From: Tubiluchus corallicola
Lineage: Eukaryota; Animalia; Priapulida
Length of the DNA: 64,000 bases
Assembly (NCBI GenBank): GCA_030141605.1
Contig: JAQGDQ010000744.1
Coordinates: forward strand, 1 to 64,000
Direction: 5' to 3'
Position 1 is the stretch's first letter; the number at the start of each line of letters is the position of its first letter. The notes under the pieces were generated by a model. The model had not been told where the DNA came from. It worked only from the letters and a program-made list of their open reading frames with translations, and did no database searches. A program made the translations under genes and the position numbers. Positions 51,801-61,261 of this stretch are shown here, one piece after another.

Positions 51801-54800
51801 TTCCATAGAGACTGCCTGTGAACAGAGTCAAAAGCCTTCTTGAAATCAATAAAATTGATTAATAAGGGCTGTTGGAATTCCATACATTGCTCAATGATGT
51901 TTCTGAGAGTGAATATCTGTTCACAGCATGATCTTCCTTTTCTAAATCCAGCTTGTTGTTCTCTTAGTCTTATATCAACAGCATCTCTCAACCGATCTAG
52001 CAGCACTATACTCAGGACTTTTCCAGGTATTGACATCAGAGTTATTCCTCTCCAATTATTGCAATCTGTCAGGTTCCCTTTTTTAGGCAACTTCACGATG
52101 ACTCCATTTCTCCAATCTTCGGGGACCTTTTGTTGTTCCCAGCAGCTGTTCAGGAGCTTTGTCATTGATCGTGTTATCCCTTTATTACCGTGTTTCAGGA
52201 GCTCAGCTGTTATTTGGTCCTCTCCTGCTGCTTTGTTGTTCTTTAGTTTTTTGATGGCAGTTTCGACTTCCAGTTCACTGATGTTGTCCAATCTTACATC
52301 TAGCTGTTGTTGTCCAATTTCATTCTCAAAGTTGAATAATGTTGTTGGGTTTGGATGGTTGAGAACTTCCTTGAAGTGTTCCACCCATCGTGCGTTTTGC
52401 TGTTCTGTTGTTGTGAGAGTCACACCACTTTTGTCCTTGATTGGCACAGCTGGGGTGCCTCCTGTTAAACTTTCTGCTTTGTGCCGAATTGTGTCAGTAG
52501 ATTTGTTTCTGTCTGTTTCTGTAGCAATTGAGAACTTTTACAGGATAGGGGTGCTAACCCTAAGCCCAACCCTCCTCCTCTCTCAACCGGGCTTGGGACC
52601 GGTTATGGCGGAGTTAAAATCCGCCATAGCCGGTCCCAATATTTTGACTTCCATTATGGGTCAAAATATTGTTTTTAAATTGCAATCTACATCTCTTATG
52701 CCCTTTATACGATTTGCTTATTAATAGTAAAATAATAGTTTTTAAAAAATTTTGAGCATAAAATAATCTGTGGGTAATTAATTACTTAACTATCTACATA
52801 CTTAATTGTAAAAATAATGATTAATGCAATTCTACTTTTATTATTATTATATAATTTATTATATTTCTAAAACAATTTTTGGCACAAAAGAAATTCAACA
52901 AACTACAAAATTTTTGAGATTATGTAAAATTCATTTACATGGCAGGAAAAATACAAACTAACTCAAAAGTAACCAAGTGGGTGAAGTATGGATCGGTGCA
53001 GCAAGTGTGTTTAAAATTCAATGCTATCAATAATTGGTTGTCGTCGATTACCTGTTTTACAATCCGAATGTTCAACGTATCTCCAAAAATTGTAGGTTGA
53101 GTACACTTTACTACACACACCGTCACAAATGCTCGCTTCATAAGAATGCTCTGCAAATAGAACAAGATAAACTAATTTTGTAACATGATCCACTTTGTAA
53201 AATTAACTCAGCTAAGTTCAAAAATAACAATAAATCTTGCACTTTTTATCATTATTTTCTTCCTACAATTTCATAAATTATTGCCTTACAGAAAAATTAG
53301 ACAACAGACTCTTCTGTTTGAGCTACTTTTTCCAAGCATCGAATTTTCCTATTAAAAGCAAATGGTTGGCAAGCCCTGTTATTAGCAAACAAAAATCGAT
53401 ACTAGATCAGTGCTTTAAACATTCACAAACTGCATTGAGACTATCATAAGCAAATCAGGTAGATGCAGAAGACATACTAGATTCACACAGCTCTCCAGTG
53501 AAGTTTGACAAACAGTAGCACTTAAAGCAGTCTGGGCCTTCCACACACGTTGCTCCGTTCTTACATGGGTTAGATTTACAGTCAATAACACCTAAAAATA
53601 TAAACATCCTAATTATCGGGGATGCGGCTAATCCAGGTTTGCCGATTGCCGGATCTGGATCTGGACAAGTTAATGCAAATGATATTTTATTTGTTTAGCT
53701 TGTGTTTATGCGGTGGGATTGCTTGTTCATTTTCGGGATCACTGAGTAATTTTAAGCGGAAACATTGCAAATACTGATACACTAATTTTGAACACTTCAT
53801 CCGTGCTTGGTTTGAACTAAAAACCACCAAACTATGCTTTTACCGGAAGTAGACTGCTCCAAATTTTTAGCAGACATTTTTGCGGGCAGTAGCGCTAACT
53901 TTGCGCACTACTTCCTGCAACGAACACAACGGGAAGATTGCTGGTATTGTGTGCACTAGAAGCATGGCAGCAAAAAAAACTAAGCGATACTTCGTAAATT
54001 TCTGAATATTTTAATAGAAATCCTTCTTCTTTTTTAAAAAAATAAGACATACTATTGAGGTGTATTTAAACTGTTATGTACATTTTTCTTACGAGCTTTA
54101 ATTTTTTTCACAATCAGTAGTTTTACACATAGGAAAAAGAAACATTGCAAAATCCCAAAGAATATTTTTGCTGGAAACAGATCAGACCCAGATCCAGTAA
54201 AATTACCGGATCTCGGAATCCAGAACTGGAACCGTTACATCCCTATAAAATCAGTGGCAAAAACATTGGTCAATTAAACACACAGATATCAAATGTTACC
54301 ATTTTGCAAACCTAACGCATCACTCCATCTTTGCTTTCAGATAAACTCTAAGATTGAAGCTGTAGTATCCCGCTCATAGTAGATTTGCTACTACTGTAGT
54401 TTTTGTGTTGGATCTACCAGAACGACCACAATCCAAATCAACTCTCCATAGCTTTTTAGTCACGGTTGGGTATTTATTCAAATTCATTCCAAGATATGCA
54501 TCTATTTGTGAACTGCTAGGAAGCTTACAGAGAAGGATACAAAATTCCAATTGCAGAATGCACAAGAACAAGCATAGGAGGAATTGAAAAACTGTATCAG
54601 TAGCAACAAAGTTATAGCCTTCTATAATCCATGTAGACCAACTGTAGAAGCCAGTTTTAAGGAAGGGTTGTCAGCAAGTACTATTTCAAGAAACAGAGAA
54701 GGGACTACAATCAGTTTATTTCATAAGCCGTACAATGACTAGATCAGAGAAAACGTATTCACAGATAGAAAAGGGCGCATTGTCCAGCTTGGGCAAAAAA

Positions 54801-57800
54801 GAGGTTTAGAATGTGTTTGATAGGAGTGTCACGTTTCAAAATAAATTGTGCATATAAGCCTTTTTTACAGATCTTCTATAAGACAAGAGCTAAACTAACG
54901 CCAAAAATTGAAAAATGTTTTATGGAGATGCAAGATGTGGATTATGAATTAATCTACAAGCCAAGTCGAGGTAAAGCGGACCCTATGGGCTACATCTAAA
55001 GACCTGAGACTGGTTCTGAAAAGACAGAGAGTAATCAGTAATCACCTATGCTGCGATTGCAGAACATGCTGTTGTCATCGACAGAATTAAGAAAAAAATG
55101 GCGGACGATGTAGAGTCCTACGGAGTGTGATTCAAAAGGGAGACTGCGAAACTAAGAAGAGAGATCCCGTGATAACTCCTTACTACGGCATAAGGAATGA
55201 GCTTTATGAAGCAGAAGGCAGTTAGGTGTTTCGCACGGACCAGATTGTCCTCCTAAAAGCATTACAGAGAATTGTAATCAAGACTGCACACAGAATGCGG
55301 CATTTACGAATTACCAAGATAAGGAAGCTGCTTCGTGACAAATAATGGTTTATAGGCATGAACGGACTAGTGGAAGATATACTCCTTCAGTGCTCTGAAT
55401 GAAAAGTTACTTTGAAACAGCACAAGACTGAGCCAGTTAAGGTATCTGAAATACCAGACAGGCCTTGGGATGTTGCGGCTATTGATTTTGCAGGTCCATA
55501 TCCTCATGGGCAAATGTTATAGCCTGGTAGTCATAGATAAATGCACCAGATATCCTGTAGTGGAAGATACTGTTGAGAGTTTCAGGAAGCTCCAAAACAA
55601 AACTGTAGAGTTAGAAAACCTAAGGAGTGTGATTCAAAAGGGAGACTGCGAAACTAAGAAGAGAGATACCGTGATAACTCCTTATTACGGCATAAGGAAT
55701 GAGCTTTATGAAGCTCATTAGCAAATAGCTCATCTTAAAGGATTCAGACAGAAAGATGGAGATAGCAATACAAGACATGCTTACTGCACATCATTCAACA
55801 CCTCATCCAGGAACGAATATATCACCATATACAGCATTGATGAACCGACCAGTTCGAGTCAAGCTGGGCCAGTACGTACCAGCAAAACGGGAAGCTATTC
55901 TTGACCACACAGATAAGGATTACAGGAACAGACTGAAAGTCGATGCAAAAGACAGGAATACAAAGAGTCACAACTTTATAATCGGAGACTATGTGTTGGT
56001 GAAACGACGGAGGCAGAGTAAATGGTCTACTGCATTCGAACCAGCTTTCTACATCATGGATCATCCATTTCTGCAAGATGTGTCACGGATGGTAGAGAGC
56101 TCTGCCGTGATGCTAGCCAGTTCACACTCGCGAACAGGTCCGTGCAGAACAGCGATGAGTTTAATCTACAAGAATCCGAAGACAACCAAAGCACCTTTCA
56201 AACTACATAAAGTTAACCCGCTGGTTTGGAAAAACCATCATGGGAGAGAGAAAAAATAAACAGTTACTTGAACATTACGATGTAGTATATGACTGTGCCT
56301 GAACATTTAATTTTAAAGTAATTCTGATTTGCAATATTGAGTTTCCATAATGAATGTAAGTTAAACTACCAGCTAAAGGAGTAGTATACAAGTTTCAGCT
56401 CAATTGGTTACAGGACTAATCACAATGTTTTTGTTATTTCCAAAATGTCAACAACTGTGTGATACACAGAGATAATCTTGTGTTGCTGTCAAGTCATGAC
56501 TGTAAAAGAATCTCCTTAACGTAATATGCAACTTAGTAAACGTTAATTGCTGCTTGATTTAGTTCAGTATTTGATTCAATGTAAGTTTACATTGTTTAAA
56601 TACGCAACATGTTCATAAAGGACCTGAACAATATTAGGTTAGGTTACCCTTAAGTTATAACGAAAAAATGTAAATTGTTTCAATTGTGTGAATATAGGAT
56701 ATGCCTGTTCGTTAATTTTAAAGACAATGCGGAAACTGTAAAAAGGGGAGAAATGTAGTATCTCGCTCGTAACGGATTTGCGTTCCGGAATTTTAATTTT
56801 CATGTTGGATCTTGCGATTACCTGATCTGATCAAAAATGTCAGCTTTCTGTAATAAATAGGTTTTTTTCATTATCCGACATTTTACAACGTTTCTAACTT
56901 GAAATGTTACAGATGTTTTCTGCTTGAGGCAAAAGGACAGTATGTTGACACACTTAAAGTAAGCATAGATAATTAACTGCAAAAAGCAGTTTGAGCCTTC
57001 TTATTTATCAGAATACAGATTGAAGAAGCATTCCTATCTACATTAAATGCACATCAGTCATAAAATGACCATCCTCTTTACTGAAGAGTTGCATTATAAA
57101 TGAGTTCACAATAATAAGCAAAACGGGTACATTACGGCTTGCAAAACATACCACCACGATGATACTAGAACTGCGACTAATTTACTATACTAAGAATGTG
57201 CTGAAAATGCTAAATCAATGCAATAATAGTGCTGGAACAAAAAACAAACACCACATACATACTTTTACACATGCCTTCTGGCAATGTAACTTGCTTAGGA
57301 GGAATTTCACCAAGTCCGCTTTGGTACATCTTCTCTGAAATAACACAGGAATCAGTGGTGAAAACTAGAGACCTTAATACATGGGATAGTCAGCCATGTT
57401 TGCACTTTCAGATGAAGAATGGCCCTGAAACTTATTTTTGGGTGAATTTTGCTAATCAAACAGCACATGAACAAAAAAACAAATTTTTATAATGCCTAGT
57501 ATCTAACAAGCACTAAAAAACCTGCTTAATGCAGATTGGTGAAGGTGGGATTAAAGTCTAAGCTTATTATAAAGGAATTTCTTTAAGATGAAGCACTGAT
57601 GTAGAAGAAAGGTCTCAGCTACATTTTATTGCATAAACATCATGTGACAAACAAATAAGTATCAAGAGGTAGTGCAACAGAAGAACCTGTCCAAAAATGT
57701 TTTACCTGGCATTTCGCCAGTCACCTATTTATTTACTAGCCGCATCAATGATGAGCAAACACACAATGTAAACATCCAGTTTTTATCTTAGCTCCCAAAA

Positions 57801-58584
57801 AATAAGATTGATAATAACCAATGAGTGGCTGAGTATTCGTTTACATAACACTGCTACACACTGTCAAGACATATGTACATGAATGCACATAACTCGCAAT
57901 ATTTACTTACCGTAATTCTCTGCAAAATTTATAGTTTTTGGGTAAAACCTGATGTCTGAGACGACGCCCACAAAGCTCTCCGAAGTTTTAAAGCCACCTC
58001 CCAATTCATGCTGATACTGGCCAAAATACAGGAGACCTCCACCGGGTACTGGCTGGGTCGACATTTGTATCATGCCTGATAAAACAAACATCGAAAAAAA
58101 TAATTAGGCTATGCAAGGCTGCTGGTCGTTTCTCTATTTAAGGTTACATTATATTGCACAGGACCATTGGCATGATGTCATGGACTATGTAAAACCTTAC
58201 CAATGCACTACAATTTAACTAATTAACAATTTGCTAATTAACTAATTAAATGTGTTTGTTTGGTATAGGTTTGTTAGTCTCTACAAACAGCATACTCTAT
58301 TTAGCTACCGAGACTCAAAATTGAATTTTTTTTAAAAACAATGAACGCTTGAACACCCCACAGTAAATCATAGCGCTTTTGCCATTCACTGCATTTACTT
58401 AATCAGAGACTGGTCGACTAATGTGTGCACACTGACAGTTAAAATTATACCTGCAAGGCGCTGATCTAGGATAATAACAAAGTTAACAGAATCACGAGTG
58501 ACACACAAGTGATGAAATTCTCCATCGAATATCGGAGGAATTGCTCCTTCAATCATATTATCTGTTACTGGATCTTCAACTATA
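33523..58584 (-). CDS. Gene A (5' incomplete): pentraxin / EGF / pentraxin / 12xEGF / WAP / transmembrane type I receptor-like protein
   Basis: 14 phase-compatible GT-AG exons form one open frame of about 970 codons: 58584-58451, 58075-57911, 57334-57263, 53591-53478, 53150-53052, 48750-48623, 47579-47431, 46825-46689, 45383-45210, 43926-43816, 42517-42407, 39200-38754, 36405-35635, 33824-33523 (TGA). Pentraxin motifs [26 protein letters not shown] and GQYQ..GG.F..SFVG; canonical EGF spacing; terminal hydrophobic helix. Confidence 0.8.
34364..34442 (+). mobile_element. tRNA-derived SINE head, degenerate
   Basis: A-box-like GGTGGTGTA..TAGCATGCCCGCCTCCCAA..GGAAGGT followed by a decayed B box; no cloverleaf. 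Confidence 0.4.
35635..42517 (-). CDS. Gene A Notch-type EGF exons: 42517-42407 (1 EGF), 39200-38754 (4 EGF), 36405-35635 (7 EGF)
   Basis: Repeated C-x(4)-PCxNGGxC-x(8)-CxCxxGYxGxxC; all phase 1-1 with intact splice sites. The last EGF is completed (AKCE) by the next exon. Confidence 0.9.
36471..36834. mobile_element. piggyBac-like element, internally deleted copy
   Basis: TTAA flanks; shorter duplicate of 39600-40480. Confidence 0.7.
37850..38170 (+). mobile_element. 5'-truncated LINE tail (CCHC knuckle); second copy at about 41500-41820
   Basis: [23 protein letters not shown] fits the C-terminal zinc knuckle of LINE ORF2; duplicated with the host segment. Confidence 0.6.
39600..40480. mobile_element. 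piggyBac-like non-autonomous element
   Basis: TTAA flanks and TTCCTTC...GAAGGAG ends; the right end is the reverse complement of 5527-5700 with moderate divergence. Confidence 0.7.
43816..48750 (-). CDS. Gene A pentraxin-2 exons (48750-48623, 47579-47431, 46825-46689, 45383-45210, 43926-43816)
   Basis: [20 protein letters not shown] | [17 protein letters not shown] | [16 protein letters not shown] | [22 protein letters not shown]; intron phases 0, 2, 1, 1, as in the gene B2 pentraxin. Confidence 0.85.
49122..50001. mobile_element. Tc1/pogo-type MITE
   Basis: TIR CAGTAGGC(A/G)CCGCTTAATAGAC with TA flanks. Confidence 0.85.
50759..52537 (-). CDS. RTE reverse transcriptase ORF lacking the AP endonuclease
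   Basis: Stop-to-stop frame of 592 sense codons, uninterrupted, beginning [12 protein letters not shown] after TAA at 52540-52538; no ATG ahead of the RT region. Confidence 0.85.
   Translation of the reverse strand, partial: KFSIATETDRNKSTDTIRHKAESLTGGTPAVPIKDKSGVTLTTTEQQNARWVEHFKEVLNHPNPTTLFNFENEIGQQQLDVRLDNISELEVETAIKKLKNNKAAGEDQITAELLKHGNKGITRSMTKLLNSCWEQQKVPEDWRNGVIVKLPKKGNLTDCNNWRGITLMSIPGKVLSIVLLDRLRDAVDIRLREQQAGFRKGRSCCEQIFTLRNIIEQCMEFQQPLLINFIDFKKAFDSVHRQSLWKIASLYGIPQKFISTIQNFYQNSGCCIRTQEGNTEYLTIETGVKQGCIMSPFLFLLTIDFIMNKAVDGKDLGMQWKQQQRLADLDFADDIALLETSKESLQQLTTSMEEVAGKIGLRISQEKTKVLKVWTNQQNDVHITVGGQMVKNVTSFSYLGSVMTCNGGTENDIRGRIGKATAVFRKMGKIWTSKKIDMKIKLRLYNAIVLPTALYASETWKVTAELSKKLNVFHQKCLRKILKISYRDHVTNVEVLQRAQSLRLQDIVTERRMKLAGHILRLSESRYAKTAVQWEPPGGKRKRGRPKTTWRRSFKEDLRAVNRCWENVENEAADRTQWKMLSAQCASMRRKD
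52565..52616 (-). ncRNA. Twister self-cleaving ribozyme (P1 type, 5' P1 strand missing)
   Basis: Minus strand reads UAA CUCC GCC AUAA CCGG UCCCAAGC CCGG UUGAGAGA GGAG GAGGG UUGGG. P2 (CUCC/GGAG), P4 (CCGG/CCGG), loop UCCCAAGC and GAGGG match the twister consensus as recalled from the rice and Schistosoma RTE examples. Confidence 0.85.
53052..53591 (-). CDS. Gene A 7-Cys EGF exon (53591-53478) and 3-Cys module exon (53150-53052)
   Basis: [37 protein letters not shown] and [32 protein letters not shown]. Both are phase 1-1, with homologous exons at 11360-11247 and 10118-9993. Confidence 0.8.
54361..56890 (+). mobile_element. Decayed Ty3/Gypsy LTR retrotransposon
   Basis: RNase H remnant ([19 protein letters not shown]) and integrase remnants ([33 protein letters not shown]). 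Purine tract AAAAGGGGAGAAA precedes TGTAGTATC at 56754, and the same LTR start occurs at 54361. Internal duplication of about 55120-55213 at 55622-55714. Confidence 0.85.
57911..58584 (-). CDS. Gene A pentraxin-1 exons (58584-58451, 58075-57911)
   Basis: [32 protein letters not shown]... and [34 protein letters not shown]; ttttcag/gtataa and ttatcag/gtaagt splice sites. Confidence 0.85.
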
Positions 58585-58659
58585 CTGAAAAGATTTGAAA
58601 CATTCATAATAATGAAAAAACTGTACGGTTACGCATATGGATAACCAACGAGAAAACTG

Positions 58660-59700
58660 CTATACATTTTGAATGATTCAGTGTGCTACAGTGTGTACAT
58701 TTTGAGTGATTCAGTGTGCTGCAGCTCTGTACATTTTTAGTTTTCAATATATTACAGCACCATACATTTTGAGTGATTCTATGTGTTGCAGCTATGTACT
58801 CTTTGAGTGATTCAGCGTGTTACAGCACTATACATCTTAGTGATTCAGAGAGTTACAGCACCTTACATTTTGAGTGATTCTATGTGTTGCAGCTATGTAC
58901 TCTTCGAGTGATTCAGTGTGTTACAGCACTATACATTTCGAGTGATTCTATGTGTTGCAGCTATGTACTCTTCGAGTGATTCAGCGTGTTACAGCACCAT
59001 ACATCTTAGTGATTCAGAGAGTTACAGCACCTTACATTTTGAGTGATTCTATGTGTTGCAGCTATGTACTCTTCGAGTGATTCAGTGTGTTACAGCACTA
59101 TACATTTCGAGTGATTCTATGTGTTGCAGCTATGTACTCTTCGAGTGATTCAGCGTGTTACAGCACCATACATCTTAGTGATTCAGAGAGTTACAGCACC
59201 TTACATTTTGAGTGATTCTATGTGTTGCAGCTATGTACTCTTCGAGTGATTCAGTGTGTTACAGCACTTTACGTTTAAAGTGATTCAGTGAGTTACAGCA
59301 CCTTACGTTTAAAGTGATTCAGTGAGTTACAGCACCTTACATTTTAAGTGATTCTATGTGTTGCAGCATTACTCTTCGAGTGATTCAGTGTGTTACAGCA
59401 CTTTACGTTTAAAGTGATTCAGTGAGTTACAGCACCTTACGTTTAAAGTGATTCAGTGAGTTACAGCACCTTACGTTTAAAGTGATTCAGTGAGTTACAG
59501 CACCTTACGTTTAAAGTGATTCAGTGAGTTACAGCACCTTACGTTTAAAGTGATTCAGTGAGATACAGCACCTTACGTTTAAAGTGATTCAGTGAGATAC
59601 AGCACCTTATGTTTTGTGTGATTCAGTGTTGTAGCTTTGTACATTTCAGTGAACCAGTTTGTTATAGCACTACACGACAGTGATTCAATGTGTTGCTATG
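58660..59700. repeat. 34-bp minisatellite with a 169-bp higher-order period
   Basis: Unit GAGTGATTCAGTGTGTTACAGCACTATACATTTT, about 30 copies; the marker CATCTTAGTG recurs at 58833, 59002 and 59171. Confidence 0.93.
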
Positions 59701-59794
59701 TACATTGACACATTGCACAAGAGCAAAAAAATTGGAGAATAGGAGTAGAAACAGAGACAGCTAATTGAAAGTGATTTTATACTATTTACAGAAT

Positions 59795-60340
59795 CAAATT
59801 GACAGCTATTGGAAATTTGTTAACTATGACTGTAATATTTACAATACAAATAGCTGCAGACTGATAGCTGCTGGTTACTTAATTACCTATGACTACAGTG
59901 TTTACAACACCGTCACCTGCAGACCAAACAAGCACATTATTCTGCCGATTGCAAAAAAATTCTCATGTGAGTGTTCAGGGTGCATGTTTGATTACAGTTT
60001 TTAGAAATGCAAGGTACCAGCTAGTGAGTAGAAGGTGCCTACTGGCAAATTGTTTCAAGAGAATGTGACTTCCTATACTCTTACATCTCCTTCTGCTGTT
60101 GAAAGAGAATATATAGACCAGCAAATACGACTAAGACATTTCTACCAGTTCTGTGCCCTATCTCACAGAATTACCAATGATAAAAGCCTAGGTGTACGCC
60201 ACAGCCATCAACATTAATAGTAGGCCGTGATCCAAGTCCTAGATTTTAGCCATTATGGCAGCTCTGCTAATTGGATTATAATTGTGTGGCACTGAACATT
60301 GAATTCACAACAGCTTATGAGAAAAACTGTTTTCGCAACT
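59795..60340 (+). pseudogene. Decayed class A GPCR copy
   Basis: Broken-frame remnants LTAIGNLLTMTVIF..YK*LQT (TM1-ICL1), SHVSVQGACLITV (TM3-like) and SSANWII/VALNIEFTTAYEK (TM7-helix 8) parallel the intact receptor. Confidence 0.55.
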
Positions 60341-60799
60341 AAGATAATGTGTTAATATTTTTTGGATGGTAACAAAGCAGTCCATTTTGTTGAATGCTTT
60401 ACATGAGTGAAAAAGGTAGTCTTGTAAATGAATCTTGGCAGGTGATTAATGTACATTAAAATACATGTACATTAATGTACATGGTGTGAAGCTTGGCAGA
60501 ATATTAAAAATGCATGTAGTCGTAATTGACATTTAATGGATAACTTATGTAGTGTTTTAGTATTAACTTTACTTTATCGCAAATATTGTACATTCCATAA
60601 CGACAAAATCTGTAGGATGCACTAATGGATCTGCAAATGCATTGCTTATTCATTTGTTTACTTTCATTGTTATGGAAGACATTATTAACAAAAAGAACAG
60701 AAAGCAACCTAACAAAGAGGAGTCCATTGGCAACAGCATTATCAAGCAGTAACTGATATATAGCAGACGTCAAAGACTGTAATACCCGCTATGCTTAAA

Positions 60800-60885
60800 G
60801 CCATTAAAGCACATCTGCTAATCTGATTATCTGCAGCGCTGAAAACAGCGAGTTTCGAACAGCTTTTAGAAAACCTGTTTTTTCT
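60800..60885 (+). pseudogene. Second GPCR TM7-helix 8 remnant
   Basis: STSANLIICSAENSEFRTAFRKPVF aligns with NSFANPVIYAALNSKFRMAFRKICL. About 200 bp at 60795-60995 is a diverged duplicate of 60245-60445. Confidence 0.55.
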
Positions 60886-61261
60886 CTAAGATAATGTGCT
60901 TACAGCATTTGGACAGTAAAAGAACAGTCCATTTTGTCAAATGCTTTTTGCGTGCATTAAGGAAGTGTTCTCCCAGGAAGAATCCTGACAGGCTAAAACT
61001 TCGCACTGTGATATTTGGTAAACATAGCCATAATGGATATCTAAGGGATAGTTTGCATTGTTTTACTGTCCTTGTAGTGCTGCATCTTAAGGCGCTTACA
61101 GTGATGACAGAATCTGTAAGATGCACAAAAAAGGACTGAAACACTTTCTCACTAATGTGCTTATTGGTTTTCTTTAGTTCTGGTTCTGTGTAAAACACTG
61201 CTTACCATATTAATAAAAGGAAACTAACAAAAGAGCATCTGGTGGTGATGACAACATTATC

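Larger units (their letters stand above)
50739..52644 (-). mobile_element. RTE-clade non-LTR retrotransposon, internally deleted, with TSD
   Basis: RT ORF with [34 protein letters not shown] and LDFADD, plus the RTE C-terminus ([17 protein letters not shown]). (TAAGG)n-like 3' tail; 12-bp direct repeat TGACTTCCATTA at 50727-50738 and 52645-52656. Confidence 0.93.

Noticed and set aside
51840-52724. 294-aa + strand ORF
   Set aside because: Antisense shadow of the RTE reverse transcriptase frame.
58660-59700. CRISPR-like periodic array
   Set aside because: Units are contiguous variants of each other with no unique spacers; eukaryotic context and no cas genes.
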